Shown: positions 10,086-22,624 of the stretch, in pieces
Layout of the letters: every line of letters starts with the position of its first letter
How positions within the stretch are numbered: the first letter of the stretch is position 1
Origin: Octopus bimaculoides
Lineage: Eukaryota
DNA length: 40,689 nucleotides
NCBI RefSeq assembly: GCF_001194135.2
Contig: NC_068988.1
Span: forward strand, 37,658,973-37,699,661
Reading direction: 5' to 3'
Program-made: the position numbers and the translations under genes
The notes under the pieces: generated by a model
Seen by the model: only the letters and a program-made list of their open reading frames with translations
Database searches by the model: none
Told to the model about the DNA's origin: nothing

Positions 10086-11226
10086 AAAAAGTTCTCAATA
10101 AAACACGAGTGTCGTTGTTTTTAGTCCAAAAATGTATTCTGTATTCTATTTTTGATTCATTTCGTCGTTGTCGTCGTCGGAGTTTAACCCCCAGTTCTGA
10201 TCAAAGGTGCTCTAGCTTTCGTATATTCAGCCTACAGTTTCAAACTACTGACCTACTGTCATATGTGTGTGTGTGTGTGTGTGTGTGTGTACGTATACGT
10301 GTGTGTAATTTTTATAGTTATTTCCCTGCTATTTTTAGCTATCGCGTAGAGACTTCTTATTGTATTGTTGTCGTATTTATTGTTGCTTATAGATTATAAT
10401 CTAAATATTTTCTTGGCTAATCATCTAATCTCTACCTATAAGAATAAACATTGTTTGTGGTTCTTTGTTGAAGGACTAAAAGTCATTTTGTCTTTTTATC
10501 TTAAGAGAAACAATGAATCTTAGTTGCAAGAACTGACAGGTTTAGCCATACAGCTGCGTCAGTATAAATCAGTATATTAATAAAAACAAAAGGAGTGTTG
10601 TTATTGCTATTTAACCGTCAAGTATTCTATGATAGTTTAAAGGTTAACATGCAGTTTAGTATCCTGAAAAGGGGACTGTAAATTGCGGTAGAAACCAGAA
10701 GTGATGACAATGAAGTCCCATTACATTATATAACATGAAAACGATGCATAGAACGTACATATAGCTTTTCCATGGCCTCTGACCTATTTTACTATATAAG
10801 CTCATATAGATACAAAGTTTAATAAAGTATCGCTCGATCTGTATTTTAAGCTGATGTCCTGTATGCATATATTATATATATATATATATCTACCGTCCTT
10901 CGATAATCTTTGTGTGGATGTTCTCCTCGCTGGATCAGCAAAATATAAATACTTCACAACTGTATATGTGGCCTAAATTTAGCATAGCAAGATCACCCAT
11001 TGGATATCAAATAAGTTCTTGTGGCTTTTTTTACTGGTGTTCATTGTTGGTTATACTACCTTGCTACAGGGTTCCTCAGCTACTATTTCAGAAATGCTCA
11101 TGGTATCACTAGAAGATATTAATTAAACAGGTACATGTAGTTACGCTGTTATGTGACTTCAATATTGTAACTTCTTGTGCAATTAACCGTCACTCTTTTT
11201 TACGACACTAAACAGTGTATTAACCA

Positions 11227-11420
11227 TCTTCTATAATAAAAGCGAAATTCTGTCTGTCCATCTGAGATCCCTGTATCTCAATCTACATTTGCTCTACATA
11301 GAAATTACTATTAAAGAAACAGAATTAATACCAAAAAGCAATCTTTACATCCAACTTAACGTGAATGTTTTGTTAGAACGCCAAATATTGCGGCATTCGC
11401 TTTGAGAGGTCCTCTCAAGA
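11227..11420 (+). mobile_element. Possible non-autonomous Helitron 5' end
   Basis: A|TCTTCTATAATAAAAGCG...CTGTCTGTCC resembles the 5' end at 8353. Confidence 0.4.
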
Positions 11421-11818
11421 CAAATACCTTCACGTTAAATTGGAATCCTAAATACGAAATTACTAGTTCGCTATCACTCGATGCCACGTCGGTGAACATC
11501 GTCTTGAATGTTCTTGAAGTTCGCGCCATTTTTGTCTAATTAAGTAGTTTAGCGCCTAAATCATGGTAGAGATTCACACGCCTCACCTCTTGCCATAAGT
11601 CAGACCAGGGCAGAGTTATGTTGGCATTTTTAACAGGGTATATTTCAGCCCTCGCCAGACAAATCAAGGAAGAAACTTCAACCATTTTGGCGTTCCCTCA
11701 TTTTCCAGATAATGCGTGTGCAAATACAGCTAAGTCGATCTCTACATCTCAGTCTCGTTATATATATGTGTGTGTGTATTATTTATGTATATATATTATA
11801 CATATTTATTTATTTATG

Positions 11819-11864
<46 letters not shown>

Positions 11865-12739
11865 CTTAGTCTTCTCTTAGTAAAATCTGTTAAATGTTCG
11901 CATTTTCTTTTGTTGTAATATACGCAGCCGGCTCAATCTCACACTCGATTAATACAGTAACAGCACCTAACTCCGACATTGATACAATACCTCTATACTC
12001 AACAGCGACTGATATAAAGATTTGGCATATACGTATTTTTTAAATATCTGTTGTGTGCGAAGACTTAATACAGAAATAGTTTTAACTTTGCAAATAGTTT
12101 TTCGTTGAACTCATAAGCACATAGTTGGCGTGGTTTGTTGTTGTATTAATATGATCTAACTTTTAAAACGATTTTCTAAGATATGGTATATGAAATATCA
12201 GAAGATTTTAAAAACCATATGTGATCAGATAAAGCAGTTTTTGTATTTTTTTTTTTTAGTTGATGAGTTAGTGTTTAGGTTGGGCAAAAGCGATCTTTAA
12301 AGGAATTTGAACTCAGAGCTATGTATGAGAAATATGAAGAAGTATGTTGAAGAAAAGAGGCGGGTTGATTTTAAATGCTGTATAATATACGAATTCTTTT
12401 GTTAAATATTTTCCTTGTAAAGAGTATAGGTTTGTGCAAGTTCAATATGGAGTCTTGCTTTTATATTACACAGCACAACACAAAACAAAACTGAATAGGA
12501 AATCATATGTGGATAATATATCTACACTCTACAGCCGTGGTTCCCAAACTGTTATTTATATTTTGTCGCTTTTATCCCCATTTAAATTACTCCAGCGTAA
12601 AATTTGGTTTTATACAAAATACAAGTGTGTAATTCTAGAATAATTCAAAATTTGCTAAAGAGTGCAGTTATAGACTCAGTTTTTGTGAAATGGATGAAAT
12701 TGTATAACCCACCCGATGGTTTTCTATATAGTTTCTATC

Positions 12740-12845
12740 TACTCACAAGGCTTGGATAAATCTGAAGTTATGGTAAATTCATTTGCACAAGATGCCATGC
12801 ATTGGGATTCGACCCGGGACTTCATAGTTTCGAAGCCATACCTTA
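12740..12845 (-). mobile_element. Degenerate SINE family A head/core
   Basis: CTCACAAGGCTT...TTGCACAAGATGCCATGCATTGGGATTCGACCCGGGAC aligns to the family A copies. Confidence 0.6.
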
Positions 12846-13960
12846 TGTGTTTCCACATAGTTTTGGTCACATGATGTTGACGCCATTTTCTTAATAGCCA
12901 TCTTATTCTTAGGTGGAACACGATGACATGAGACTGTGGGATCTTCCTTGCTGCGTTATTGATATTATTACTTCAGCGAAATGTTTGTGTGCTATACACT
13001 AGTTCCCAAAACATGATTTTTTTCCCCCCTATCCCAACCGGGGTAATTATCTTGAGTTTAGGACACACTACTTGCAGAATTCCTCTCAAAAAAAAAAAAG
13101 GAAAAGAAGAGACGATTAATGACGCAAGTAATGTTCATAACAGTACAATGCTTCGAATAAACGAAGAACGCTAGTCACAGAAACAAAACATCGAACTAAC
13201 GATGTATAAATCTAATTGATAATATTCAAATATATGTTTGGAGTGAAGTTTTCCCGTAAATTAGCGAATCAGAAAATAAAAGCTAATAAAATAAGTATAC
13301 ACCGATAAAATAAGTATTACACCCAGGGTTTGATATGGTCAAAATTTTGGAGTTGTGGCCCTGGCGTAGTCGCAATTCAATGACGAAGACTAATGAAAGA
13401 ATTGTTTCTAATATGAGAAGTAATATTTGTTGCCATGTTGAAGTTGTAACAGACATTACTTCTCAGAATTGTTACTACTTTCATCTCTTAGATTTTCTAA
13501 CTAGCTACTTAGCTTAGTGTTTCTCATATTTTTTTTTATCAAGATATTTCTTTTAAATTTTTTTTTTCTTTAAACGGTTTTTGAAATTTCTTAAACAATT
13601 TCTAAAAAATTGTCACCCTTTCTTGTCTTCTTCTTCTTTTAACTTCTCTTAATTGTCTTACTGTACCGCCAAACAAGTGTAATTATTCATAATAGTCAGC
13701 ATATATAAACAATGATTATCAAATTTAATATGGAACAGCAATTAAATCGGTTTCATTAACCCCAGACTCTCATGTTTATTTTTATAAGCATAAAACAGTA
13801 ATTAAGTCAGTTTAATTAAGCATAATAGCCAACATCTGTAAATAATGTTTATAATTGCATCTTGTGCGTCAGCTTATTTACAATGTCTACGTCACTGAAT
13901 ATTAATAAAGATCGGCATCGTTTGCTAATTTAGATGAACGTCTCCGAGAACTCTTCCTAT

Positions 13961-13997
<37 letters not shown>

Positions 13998-14080
13998 TCA
14001 TGTGAAATCGTTAATCCCGACATTTTTTTCTCTCTCCGTCTCCACCCCCCACTCTTACACCATTTTTACCCTCTCATTCC

Positions 14081-14116
14081 TTTCTATGGAAGAGCATTGG
14101 CTCGAAATATCAAAAA
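14081..14116 (+). ncRNA. Degenerate minimal hammerhead ribozyme motif (Penelope type)
   Basis: UUU-CUAUGGA-A-GAGC auug GCUC-GAAAUAU-C-AAAA; perfect 4-bp stem II and AUAU palindromic helix III, but the core is corrupted (CUAUGGA instead of CUGAUGA). Confidence 0.45.
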
Positions 14117-14254
14117 CTTTTCCATTCTTCCCAAGCGTCAAACTAGTACACCTACTTCTTGTTCCCTCACCTGTCTTTGGTTTTTGTAAATTTGAACTAT
14201 ATGTCTACATCTATATCCATCTATCTATCTATCTATCTGTCTATCTATGTGTGT

Positions 14255-14435
14255 GATACCGCTTGACAACTGGTATTGGTTTGTTTATGTTCCATAATTT
14301 GGCAGTTCGACTAAAGAGACTGATAAAATAAATATCAGGCTTTAAAAGACAAGTACTGGAGTGAACTCGTCTGATTAAAACCCTGTAAGGCGGTGTCTCA
14401 GTATGGTTTCAGTCCAGTGACTGAAAAAAGAAAGA
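14255..14435 (+). mobile_element. 3' part of SINE family A
   Basis: CCGCTTGACAACTGGTATTGG...GTAAGGCGGTGTCTCAGTATGG...GTGACTGAAA. Confidence 0.7.
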
Positions 14436-14920
14436 CTCATTTAATTTTATTTACATTCAGTGGAATTTTTTGTCGTATATTTATTTACTTAATTGGTGTT
14501 TTTAGGGGAGGGGAAGCTTTGTTTAAAAATATGTCGTATGACGATTATAGGATGAATGACCTTAACATTTCATAAAATGCAAAGTACACAACGAATAACC
14601 GAAACGAGATCGTCTTTTCCAGAGGTTAGAAGGAAAGAGAAGGAGAAAAAATAACCATAATAAAATGGCCGGAAATTACTTTCATATACAATATGAAAAC
14701 GAATACACTGATATTACAAATGGCGAAAGAGAAAGAAAAGAAACTTATAAAATATCATAAGTAAATTTGAGAGTATATGTATGTCTGTGTACGTATATAG
14801 ACAGAGGTTCTTAAAAGAGAATTTCACATTGACAGTAGGAAAGAAGTGAAAGGGATTCATATTGAAAGTGTGTGTGAGAGAGAGAGAGAGAAAATCACGT
14901 TTTAGAAAGCACGAAAGAGT

Positions 14921-14960
<40 letters not shown>

Positions 14961-15154
14961 GCCCGCGTGCACATATATATATGCGAGAAGTGTGATGATT
15001 GCAATACGGAGAGTGAGTAGGTTATAAATACAGAGATTTGGTGAGACGAGGTGCATAGAGAGATATTGTTTGAAGATAGAGAAATTCTTAGCGGGAGAGG
15101 TGGGTGGAGTAATGAAAAGATTTAATCTAAAGAGAGAAGGAGAAACGAGAGGGC

Positions 15155-15194
<40 letters not shown>

Positions 15195-15776
15195 CCTATA
15201 TATGCAAATATATATAAACATACACATACACATACACACATAAGTAGAAAAAGTATTTTATTTTATTTTTGCTTTTTCATTTCTTCAAATCACAACTAAA
15301 CTGATGTCGCTGCAGTTATTTACTTATATCTATAAATTATAGTGAATAATAAATAAATATTATAGTTGCTCTAGTTAAATACACTTCCTAACTTCATAGA
15401 AGAAAGACACTTCAAAGTCACTAAAATATCACAAGGCTGTTTTTATATATCATATATCAATATCGTGCCATTTTGAAATTGGCATAGAGTTTCTTTCTGT
15501 TGACACTTCGACACCATGTTCTTTCGAGATTCTTCTTTCCCTGAAAGACTTCAGTCAGCCCTGATTAGACAGACCTATGGTCAGAGGCGCTCCCGTTGTG
15601 ACCATCCCACTTTTTTTTATAGATAGTATACCTACAGTTATTTTAAAACTGGAAAGTGTTACAAAGTTGCTTTTTATCCCCAAGTCTCCATTTATCGAAC
15701 AGATCTTTGAACGAAAGCATTCCAAACGTGACCATCTAGAAAATACTGGCCTTGCGCCAAAATTTCGGTATTCATA

Positions 15777-15970
15777 AGGTGGTGAGCTGGCAGTATCGTT
15801 TCCACATCGGAAACATTTCTTTTGACTTTACGTTCCGTGTTCAAATGTCGCCGGGGACGGCTTTCATCCTTTCAGGATCGATAAAATAAGTACCAGTTGA
15901 ACACTAGTGTCGATGTGATCAACGTACCCTTTCCCTCGAAATTACTGGCCGTGTGCCAAAATTTAAAACC
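15777..15970 (+). mobile_element. SINE family B
   Basis: AAGGTGGTGAGCTGGCAG...CTTTCATCCTTTCAGGATCGATAAAATAAGTACCAGTTG...GGCCGTGTGCCAAAATTT. Confidence 0.85.
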
Positions 15971-15993
15971 AATATTTTGATATTCAACTAAAG

Positions 15994-16541
15994 CAGGGGT
16001 CGGGGAACCTTTTTAACCAATTATCCCAAAATATATTTATTTACACCGACGTTACCCCAACCCTTGATTCGAAAAGAAGAGAATCATAGATTTTTTAAAT
16101 TCAAGAGGTTTGTTGAATCTATTTATATGGAGAATACAATTTATAAATATAAAAAGTATAAGACAAACGCCATAAAATAAATTACTATCCTCATTATGAA
16201 ACTTTTTCACTTCAAGTTTTGGAGAAATAATGTTGCATTTTTGTTGCAATTACATCAAAATTGGGGAATTTTGATGCCAGAGCAATTTTGATACAGTCTT
16301 CAGAGTTCAATCAATTTTGTTAAAGAGTTATTGAATAACTACTTAAATCTACTTAGATAAAGCAAAAACACGTGTATCAAACAATAAGGTCAAGGTGGGT
16401 AATAGACAACTAACAAATAATGTTGTCAGAAGAAAATTTCTGTCGTAACAAGGAACACAGTTTTTATATAATTTTACTTATGTCTAATGAGTCCTCATTA
16501 TCTCCAAGAATTTCATTTTTACCCCGGTTCGCAGATCCCTG
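15994..16541. mobile_element. hAT-like non-autonomous DNA transposon (548 bp)
   Basis: TIRs CAGGGGTCGGGGAACC / GGTTCGCAGATCCCTG; 8-bp flanks AACTAAAG / AACTAAGG match at 7 of 8 positions. Confidence 0.75.
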
Positions 16542-16545
16542 AACT

Positions 16546-16775
16546 AAGGCGACGAGCTGGCAGAATCGTTAGCACGCCTGCCGGAATGCTTAGCGGTATT
16601 TCGGCTGCCGTTACGTTCTGAGTTCAAATTCCGCCGAGGTTGACTTTGCTTTTCATCCTTTTGGGGTCGATAAATTAAGTACCAGTTACGCACTGGGGTC
16701 GATCTAATCGACTTAATCGCTTTGTCTGTTCTTGTTTGTCCCCTCTATGTTTAGCCTCCTGTGGGCAATAAAGAA
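16546..16775 (+). mobile_element. SINE family B
   Basis: Close to the window consensus, AAGGCGACGAGCTGGCAGAATCGTTAGCACG...GGCAATAAAGAAATAA. Confidence 0.9.
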
Positions 16776-16777
16776 AT

Positions 16778-16942
16778 AAGAATCGTTAGCACGCCGGGCA
16801 AAGTGCTTAGCAGTAATTCTTTCGGCTTTACGTTCTGATTTAAATTCCACCGAGATCGACTTTGCGTTTCATCCTTTCTGGGTCAAAACCAGTTAAGCAC
16901 TGGGATCAATGTGATCGACTTCCTTAAAATTTCAGGCCTTGA
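16778..16942 (+). mobile_element. SINE family B, tandem partner
   Basis: Starts AGAATCGTTAGCACGCCGGG directly after the tail of the previous copy. Confidence 0.85.
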
Positions 16943-17296
16943 AAGAATATTACTATATCCAACATTATANNNNNNNNNNNNNNNNNNNNNNNNNNNNNNN
17001 NNNNNNNNNNNNNNNNNNNNNNNNNNNNNNNNNNNNNNNNNNNNNNNNNNNNNNNNNNNNNNNNNNNNNNNNNNNNNNNNNNNNNNNNNNNNNNNNNNNN
17101 NNNNNNNNNNNNNNNNNNNNNNNNNNNNNNNNNNNNNNNNNNNNNNNNNNNNNNNNNNNNNNNNNNNNNNNNNNNNNNNNNNNNNNNNNNNNNNNNNNNN
17201 NNNNNNNNNNNNNNNNNNNNNNNNNNNNNNNNNNNNNNNNNNNNNNNNNNNNNNNNNNNNNNNNNNNNNNNNNNNNNNNNNNNNNNNNNNNNNNNN

Positions 17297-17329
<33 letters not shown>

Positions 17330-17349
17330 TGAGAGAGAGAGAGAGAGAC

Positions 17350-17545
17350 CCAGCATCGCTTGACAACGGTGTTGATGCGTTTACGTCCCTGTAACTTAAT
17401 TGTTCGGCGAAAGAAACCGATAGAATAAGTACCAGGCTTTAAGAAAAGAAAACAAAAGGTAGTAGGGTCGATTCGTTCGACTAAAATTCTTCAAGGCAGT
17501 GCCCCAGCATGGCTACAGTCTAATGACCGAAGCAAATAAAAAAGA
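17350..17545 (+). mobile_element. 3' part of SINE family A (head probably in the N gap)
   Basis: CAGCATCGCTTGACAAC...TTTACGTCCCTGTAACTT...CCCCAGCATGGCTACAGTC. Confidence 0.8.
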
Positions 17546-18379
17546 TTAAAGAGAGATACTGTTGACCATGTATGATCACATTATTAGGGAAATAAATGAC
17601 ACATTTTGACAAGCTTTGCGCTTCACTTGTTTATTGACGCGACAAATGCGAAACTGATCGGGGAACTGACTATCAGATAGTTGCAGGTTGATATAGGAAT
17701 TAGCAAAGTACACCCTACGTCAGCACCAGTTAGTTTACTTGCATTTGATAGTGCCATATAGAACACTGTAACTTAACCATTACAGTGATTATTTCTGTAG
17801 TCATGATTGTTCAGCAACTTCATTGGACCCCGTAAGTTTTTCTTTGGTAAGTGATATGATGTAACAGACTACTAATGTTGAGAGACTTAGGAAGAAATTC
17901 TGGTACCTACAGTACTGCTTTGTTGTCACGACAACAATCGGCAGTTTATTTATTTATTTATTTGTTCTCGACCATATCCATTGCAGATTGTTAAAATTAT
18001 TCTATGAATTTTCGTATACATGTTGAATTAACTCTTTCCTTACTAGTGGTATAATGAGCAAGTATGTCAATGGTATCAGTAACTATAGAGTACTAACAAC
18101 ATCAGGAATTCTGTCGTCACTAAATGGCAACATCTATTTAGCGTAGTACACAAAATCGAACGTGTAACATGATGTTATTCGCAGGGAGATAATTCAGGAG
18201 TCTCGTATCAGTACCGAGACAAAAAATGAAAAATAAAAAGAATTACTTGATTGTTTTCAAGCAGACACACACACAATATAAGAGGGCCGTGCTATCCATA
18301 TATGCTGAAAAAATTGGGCGAAAATCGTTTCCCAAGAATGCGAGATGATTCGGTTACTAATATATACTTTTACGTACAC

Positions 18380-18722
18380 ACGACATCGTCAATGAAAGAT
18401 TTGCATTTGAACTCACTGTTTGGTGAATAGACTTGCAACAGCCACAGCTGTCCTTCCTTTAGCATAAGATTCAGATGGCAAACTCTCCTGCGCATTGGGA
18501 TACACTCCATAACACAATCCGTTAGCCAAGGGACTTGTGAGTATCCCCCACACCTGAATAATGGAATTTCCAGCCTCCATCCAAATAGATCTACAATACC
18601 AGAGACACAGAACCGCATAGAGGAGACGCCGACTTTTCCAAGCCGGTAACGTTTGGTCTCCTTCATTGGTCTCTACTCGTTATCCGTAAGGCTTATAACA
18701 TTCCAATTCCCAATCACTAACA
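18380..18722 (-). pseudogene. RTE-clade LINE (Expander/Rex3-like) AP-endonuclease N-terminal relic
   Basis: Minus-strand LLVIGNWNVISL..ETKRYRLGKVGVSS..GSGIVDL..GVGILTSP.LTDCV.ECIP..RVCHL.L...LLQVYSPNSEF..FIDDV matches the RTE APE domain, with stops and frameshifts. Confidence 0.85.
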
Positions 18723-19016
18723 GCTGTTCCCTCCTGGACTCGCTTCGGGGTTTTGTGATCCGCAACCATTGTCCTTCCACCCAACACCTCCCAGAACAAG
18801 TTGCAGGCTTATTGTTGGTTGTAGTAGCATTGAGTGAGGACTGCAATATCTTTTACGAATGCGTCCTTCTACGTAAGGTCCGAACAATTTCCTTGTTAGC
18901 CTGTGCGACGGACGATGTAGTATGACTAATTTTTCTACGCCTTTTCATATTGAGCATTTTGATGATCTTAATCGCGCCTGGCACGAAACTGGTATTTGCA
19001 TTGGACCTGCGCAGAG

Positions 19017-19470
19017 TCGAAATCTTTCCATGTGGGTGTTGGACTTCGGCAGGGGTACATAATGACACTTCCTTTTCATCGACGACATACTGCTACTTAG
19101 CTGCCGAGTGTCGCTAAGCAAGGTTAAGAATTAGTATTAGTGGAACATCACTAAGACAAGTGGAGAAGTTTTCTCTGAAGTAACGTTACTCGACAGGGTA
19201 CGCAGCTCCGGTATCAACGAGTATCTATAGGTCGAGTCGCTACTTCTCCATTTGTTAGAATGTCGCAGGAAAGGATCGCGAGACACATTTTTCAAACCCA
19301 GCCAACAGGCCGGAGATCTAAGGGACCACGAATGAGATGGTTAGTTAATATCCATAGTCTCAGTTGATCACACCTGGAAATTCAGCAGGGAAATTGAATG
19401 ACGGTTGTTTCTGATAGGAACCTATGGAGGAAGTGCTTCAAGACCCTTTCAGGAATAGGGGGCAGCAGCG
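19017..19470 (+). pseudogene. RTE-clade LINE RT and 3' end, serially deleted
   Basis: Plus-strand motif pieces in order: SKSFHVGVGLRQG, LFI|DDILLL, AAEC..LRIS, SGTSLRQVEKF, VTLLDRVRSS, RMSQERIAR..GRRSKGPRMRW, DRNLWR. Confidence 0.85.
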
Positions 19471-20179
19471 AAAGTGGATGTATATACACACTTAAAATAT
19501 CGGCAAGACTTCCGCCCGTCTCCCCACCCCAAACCACCCATTTTTCAACTTTTTTTTTCGACCCCCCCCCCTCTTTTCGGCTACAGGGAATATGAATCTG
19601 CAAAGAAATTGGCAAAAATCGGCATTTTAAAACTAACNNNNNNNNNNNNNNNNNNNNNNNNNNNNNNNNNNNNNNNNNNNNNNNNNNNNNNNNNNNNNNN
19701 NNNNNNNNNNNNNNNNNNNNNNNNNNNNNNNNNNNNNNNNNNNNNNNNNNNNNNNNNNNNNNNNNNNNNNNNNNNNNNNNNNNNNNNNNNNNNNNNNNNN
19801 NNNNNNNNNNNNNNNNNNNNNNNNNNNNNNNNNNNNNNNNNNNNNNNNNNNNNNNNNNNNNNNNNNNNNNNNNNNNNNNNNNNNNNNNNNNNNNNNNNNN
19901 NNNNNNNNNNNNNNNNNNNNNNNNNNNNNNNNNNNNNNNNNNNNNNNNNNNNNNNNNNNNNNNNNNNNNNNNNNNNNNNNNNNNNNNNNNNNNNNNNNNN
20001 NNNNNNNNNNNNNNNNNNNNNNNNNNNNNNNNNNNNNNNNNNNNNNNNNNNNNNNNNNNNNNNNNNNNNNNNNNNNNNNNNNNNNNNNNNNNNNNNNNNN
20101 NNNNNNNNNNNNNNNNNNNNNNNNNNNNNNNNNNNNNNNNNNNNNNNNNNNNNNNNNNTGTGTGTGTGTGTGTGTAGAA

Positions 20180-20265
20180 TGTACAATGTCAAACTCAGAA
20201 CGTAAAGAGGCGGCAGAAATGCCGCTAAGCATTTTGTCCGATATGATTCTGCCAGCTCGCCACCC
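20180..20265 (-). mobile_element. SINE family B 5' fragment
   Basis: AAACTCAGAACGTAAAG...CCGCTAAGCATTTTGTCC...ATTCTGCCAGCTCGCCACC. Confidence 0.75.
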
Positions 20266-21174
20266 CAATAATAATAATAATAGGTTGTAGTATTGGCACA
20301 AGGTCTGAAATTTGGGAAAGGGACTTTGGACGTTTGGAGACAATGCAAATGCGAAATACAGAACAAGATAGCGGGGACGGGAGGGATTAACACACATTCA
20401 CAAACATACACTTGTTCGTGTAACGGTAATGTTAGCTGTTAAATTTGGGTTTGTGATTTCAGTTTCCACCTACAGAGGTGTGTACATGTATGCACGCGCA
20501 TGCGTATACATACATACATACATACATACATAATATAATATAATACATAATAAGAGTTGTGTGGTTAAGAAGTTCGCTTTCAACCATTTGATCCCAGATT
20601 CAATCCTGTAGCTCGGAATATGCTGTAGAGATATATATATTTTTTTAAACTGAAGCTCAGAGTTTGTCTCGCAACTCGAGTTTCACGCAGGCCGGCACAC
20701 ACACACACACACACACATTTATACATACATACATGTGTGTGTGCGTGTGTATGTAAAATACTGTTGTTACATCCGACTGTATCGAAGTTCTTTCCATTGG
20801 CCATCACTCTCCAGCCAAAGATTGCTTTCGTACATGGTAGTCGACCAAGGAATTGGGATGCCTTTACTAAGTATAGTTATTTAGTACGTAGAAATATTTT
20901 CAAATACTACCTGGTGTTGGAGAAAGAAGAGGGAAAAGGGAGATAGTTACTGAGATGCGTGCAATTGTTCTTATTAACGAAAGTCATTGTGACATCATAG
21001 AAAACGTATCAACGTAATGAAGACGGTCTTGGTGGATCGAATTCAGTGGGAAGAAATAAGTACCGAACATCCTCGGCAAACTTTTTCTTTTCCGATCTGG
21101 CCTTTTTAAATTAATCAAAGAACGTTTACAGAACGGGACATAATTGGTAATATATTTCGTGTGTTAAAGTGAAA

Positions 21175-21326
21175 ATGAACAATAACATGTTTATAGGTAC
21201 TGATTCCTTAAAAGATACTGCCAACAGATTAATTGTATATAATGCGGAAGCCACAATTGACCATGAACCAACAAAAATCGACGAATCTTCTCCAACAGTT
21301 CTTAAGTATCGCACACCAAACTTCAG
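21175..21326 (+). CDS. Coding exon, paralog of 849-1293 (shorter N-terminus)
   Basis: MNNNMFIGTDSLKDTANRLIVYNAEATIDHEPTKIDESSPTVLKYRTPNF followed by TTCAG|GTAAGG donor (phase 2). 20 of the last 28 residues are identical to the first exon, with 8 synonymous differences. The start could be ATG 21175, ATG 21187 or an acceptor at TATAG|21197. Confidence 0.8.
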
Positions 21327-22624
21327 GTAAGGTTTGTTGTTGATGTGGCTGTAGCTGTGGTATTGGTGGTAGCAGTATGGGTGGTTGTTTTGTTATATTC
21401 TGTTTATGCTGTTTTCAACCGCTTTTTCGCAAGAATCCGAGAAAACTCTAAACAATGTTAAACAATGAAATTGGGTAAAATGTGACGAGAATCAGCATAA
21501 ACAATGAAAATCGTCTTTTTTGATGGGCGAGGAATTAGGTAATGAAATTCTGTTCTTTGAATTTAAAAGCGTCCAATTTAAAAGAAATGTGCAAATAAGT
21601 ACTGCTGTTTCCCTTGGTGTTTTCTGCATCTCTCATCTGGTAGCTACCATTTGCTGGTTTCGTTTGGTTTCCGTTGTTATATTATCGGAAACCCGATTTT
21701 CCTTCAGTTTAGTCCGTCACCTTTTCTTTCAGTCTGTAGGCTATAACTAGTTTTGACTCGATACAGTTCTAATTTGATTTTAGATCTTTAAAGAATTCAA
21801 GACAGAGAAGAGGAACAGGCTCTCTGGTGGTGATGTTTCACGTTCTTTGTCCCAAATATATCACTTTATGTTGAAAACCATTGCAGTTCATTTATTTACA
21901 ATTGTAAATTTTGTATGGGAAAGGTATAGTTGATTAAACATGCCTTCATACAATACTGGTGCTAATATCATTGATTCCGATATTAAAGTAAAAATCATCG
22001 TTCCTGTTCGATTTGGACTGAGAATAAAAGTAACGTGTAAGTCATGTTTTTTGTAAATTTACTTCACTTTGAACATGTTGCCTTTTAACCCAGAGTTGCT
22101 TACTTTTAAGGTCTTAAGACCTAAAACGAAGAGAAAAATGTAGTATTGTGACAAACTATGCTTTTCTGAAGGATACTATCGACGTAAGAATTGAAATTGC
22201 ATCAATCAGAAATTTAAACCGAATCGTTATTTCAGTTCACCGGAAGCTTGTTGATTGTTATTTTTTTTTTTAATTTTCTTTTGAAATTTTTAGAAACCGT
22301 GCTGTTTCAGGAAGTGTGACTGATCGTAAAACACAGTTCTTGGTCAAATACTGAATGAAAACAAATGAAGTTTTATACTGTAAACGATGTTATATACGAA
22401 AAACAAACAATGTATTTCATAAATTAAGCAGATAACTAGAGAAATAGTTTACATATGAATGTACATCAAAGTTACACTGTTCAATATTAGGTGTTATAAC
22501 TCTTTGCCTCTGGCACAGCAACAATGTCGTCAAGCATTTCCACCAAATTTTGTGGGGTTATCTTTTATGTTCAAACCCGAGGTATCTTCTTTTTTCGTTT
22601 TGTTTATCTGAAATTGATGAAGTA

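Noticed and set aside
11375-11535. Minus-strand short ORF MARTSRTFKTMFTDVASSDSE...
   Set aside because: About 55 aa with no recognisable domain or splice support; probably repeat-derived
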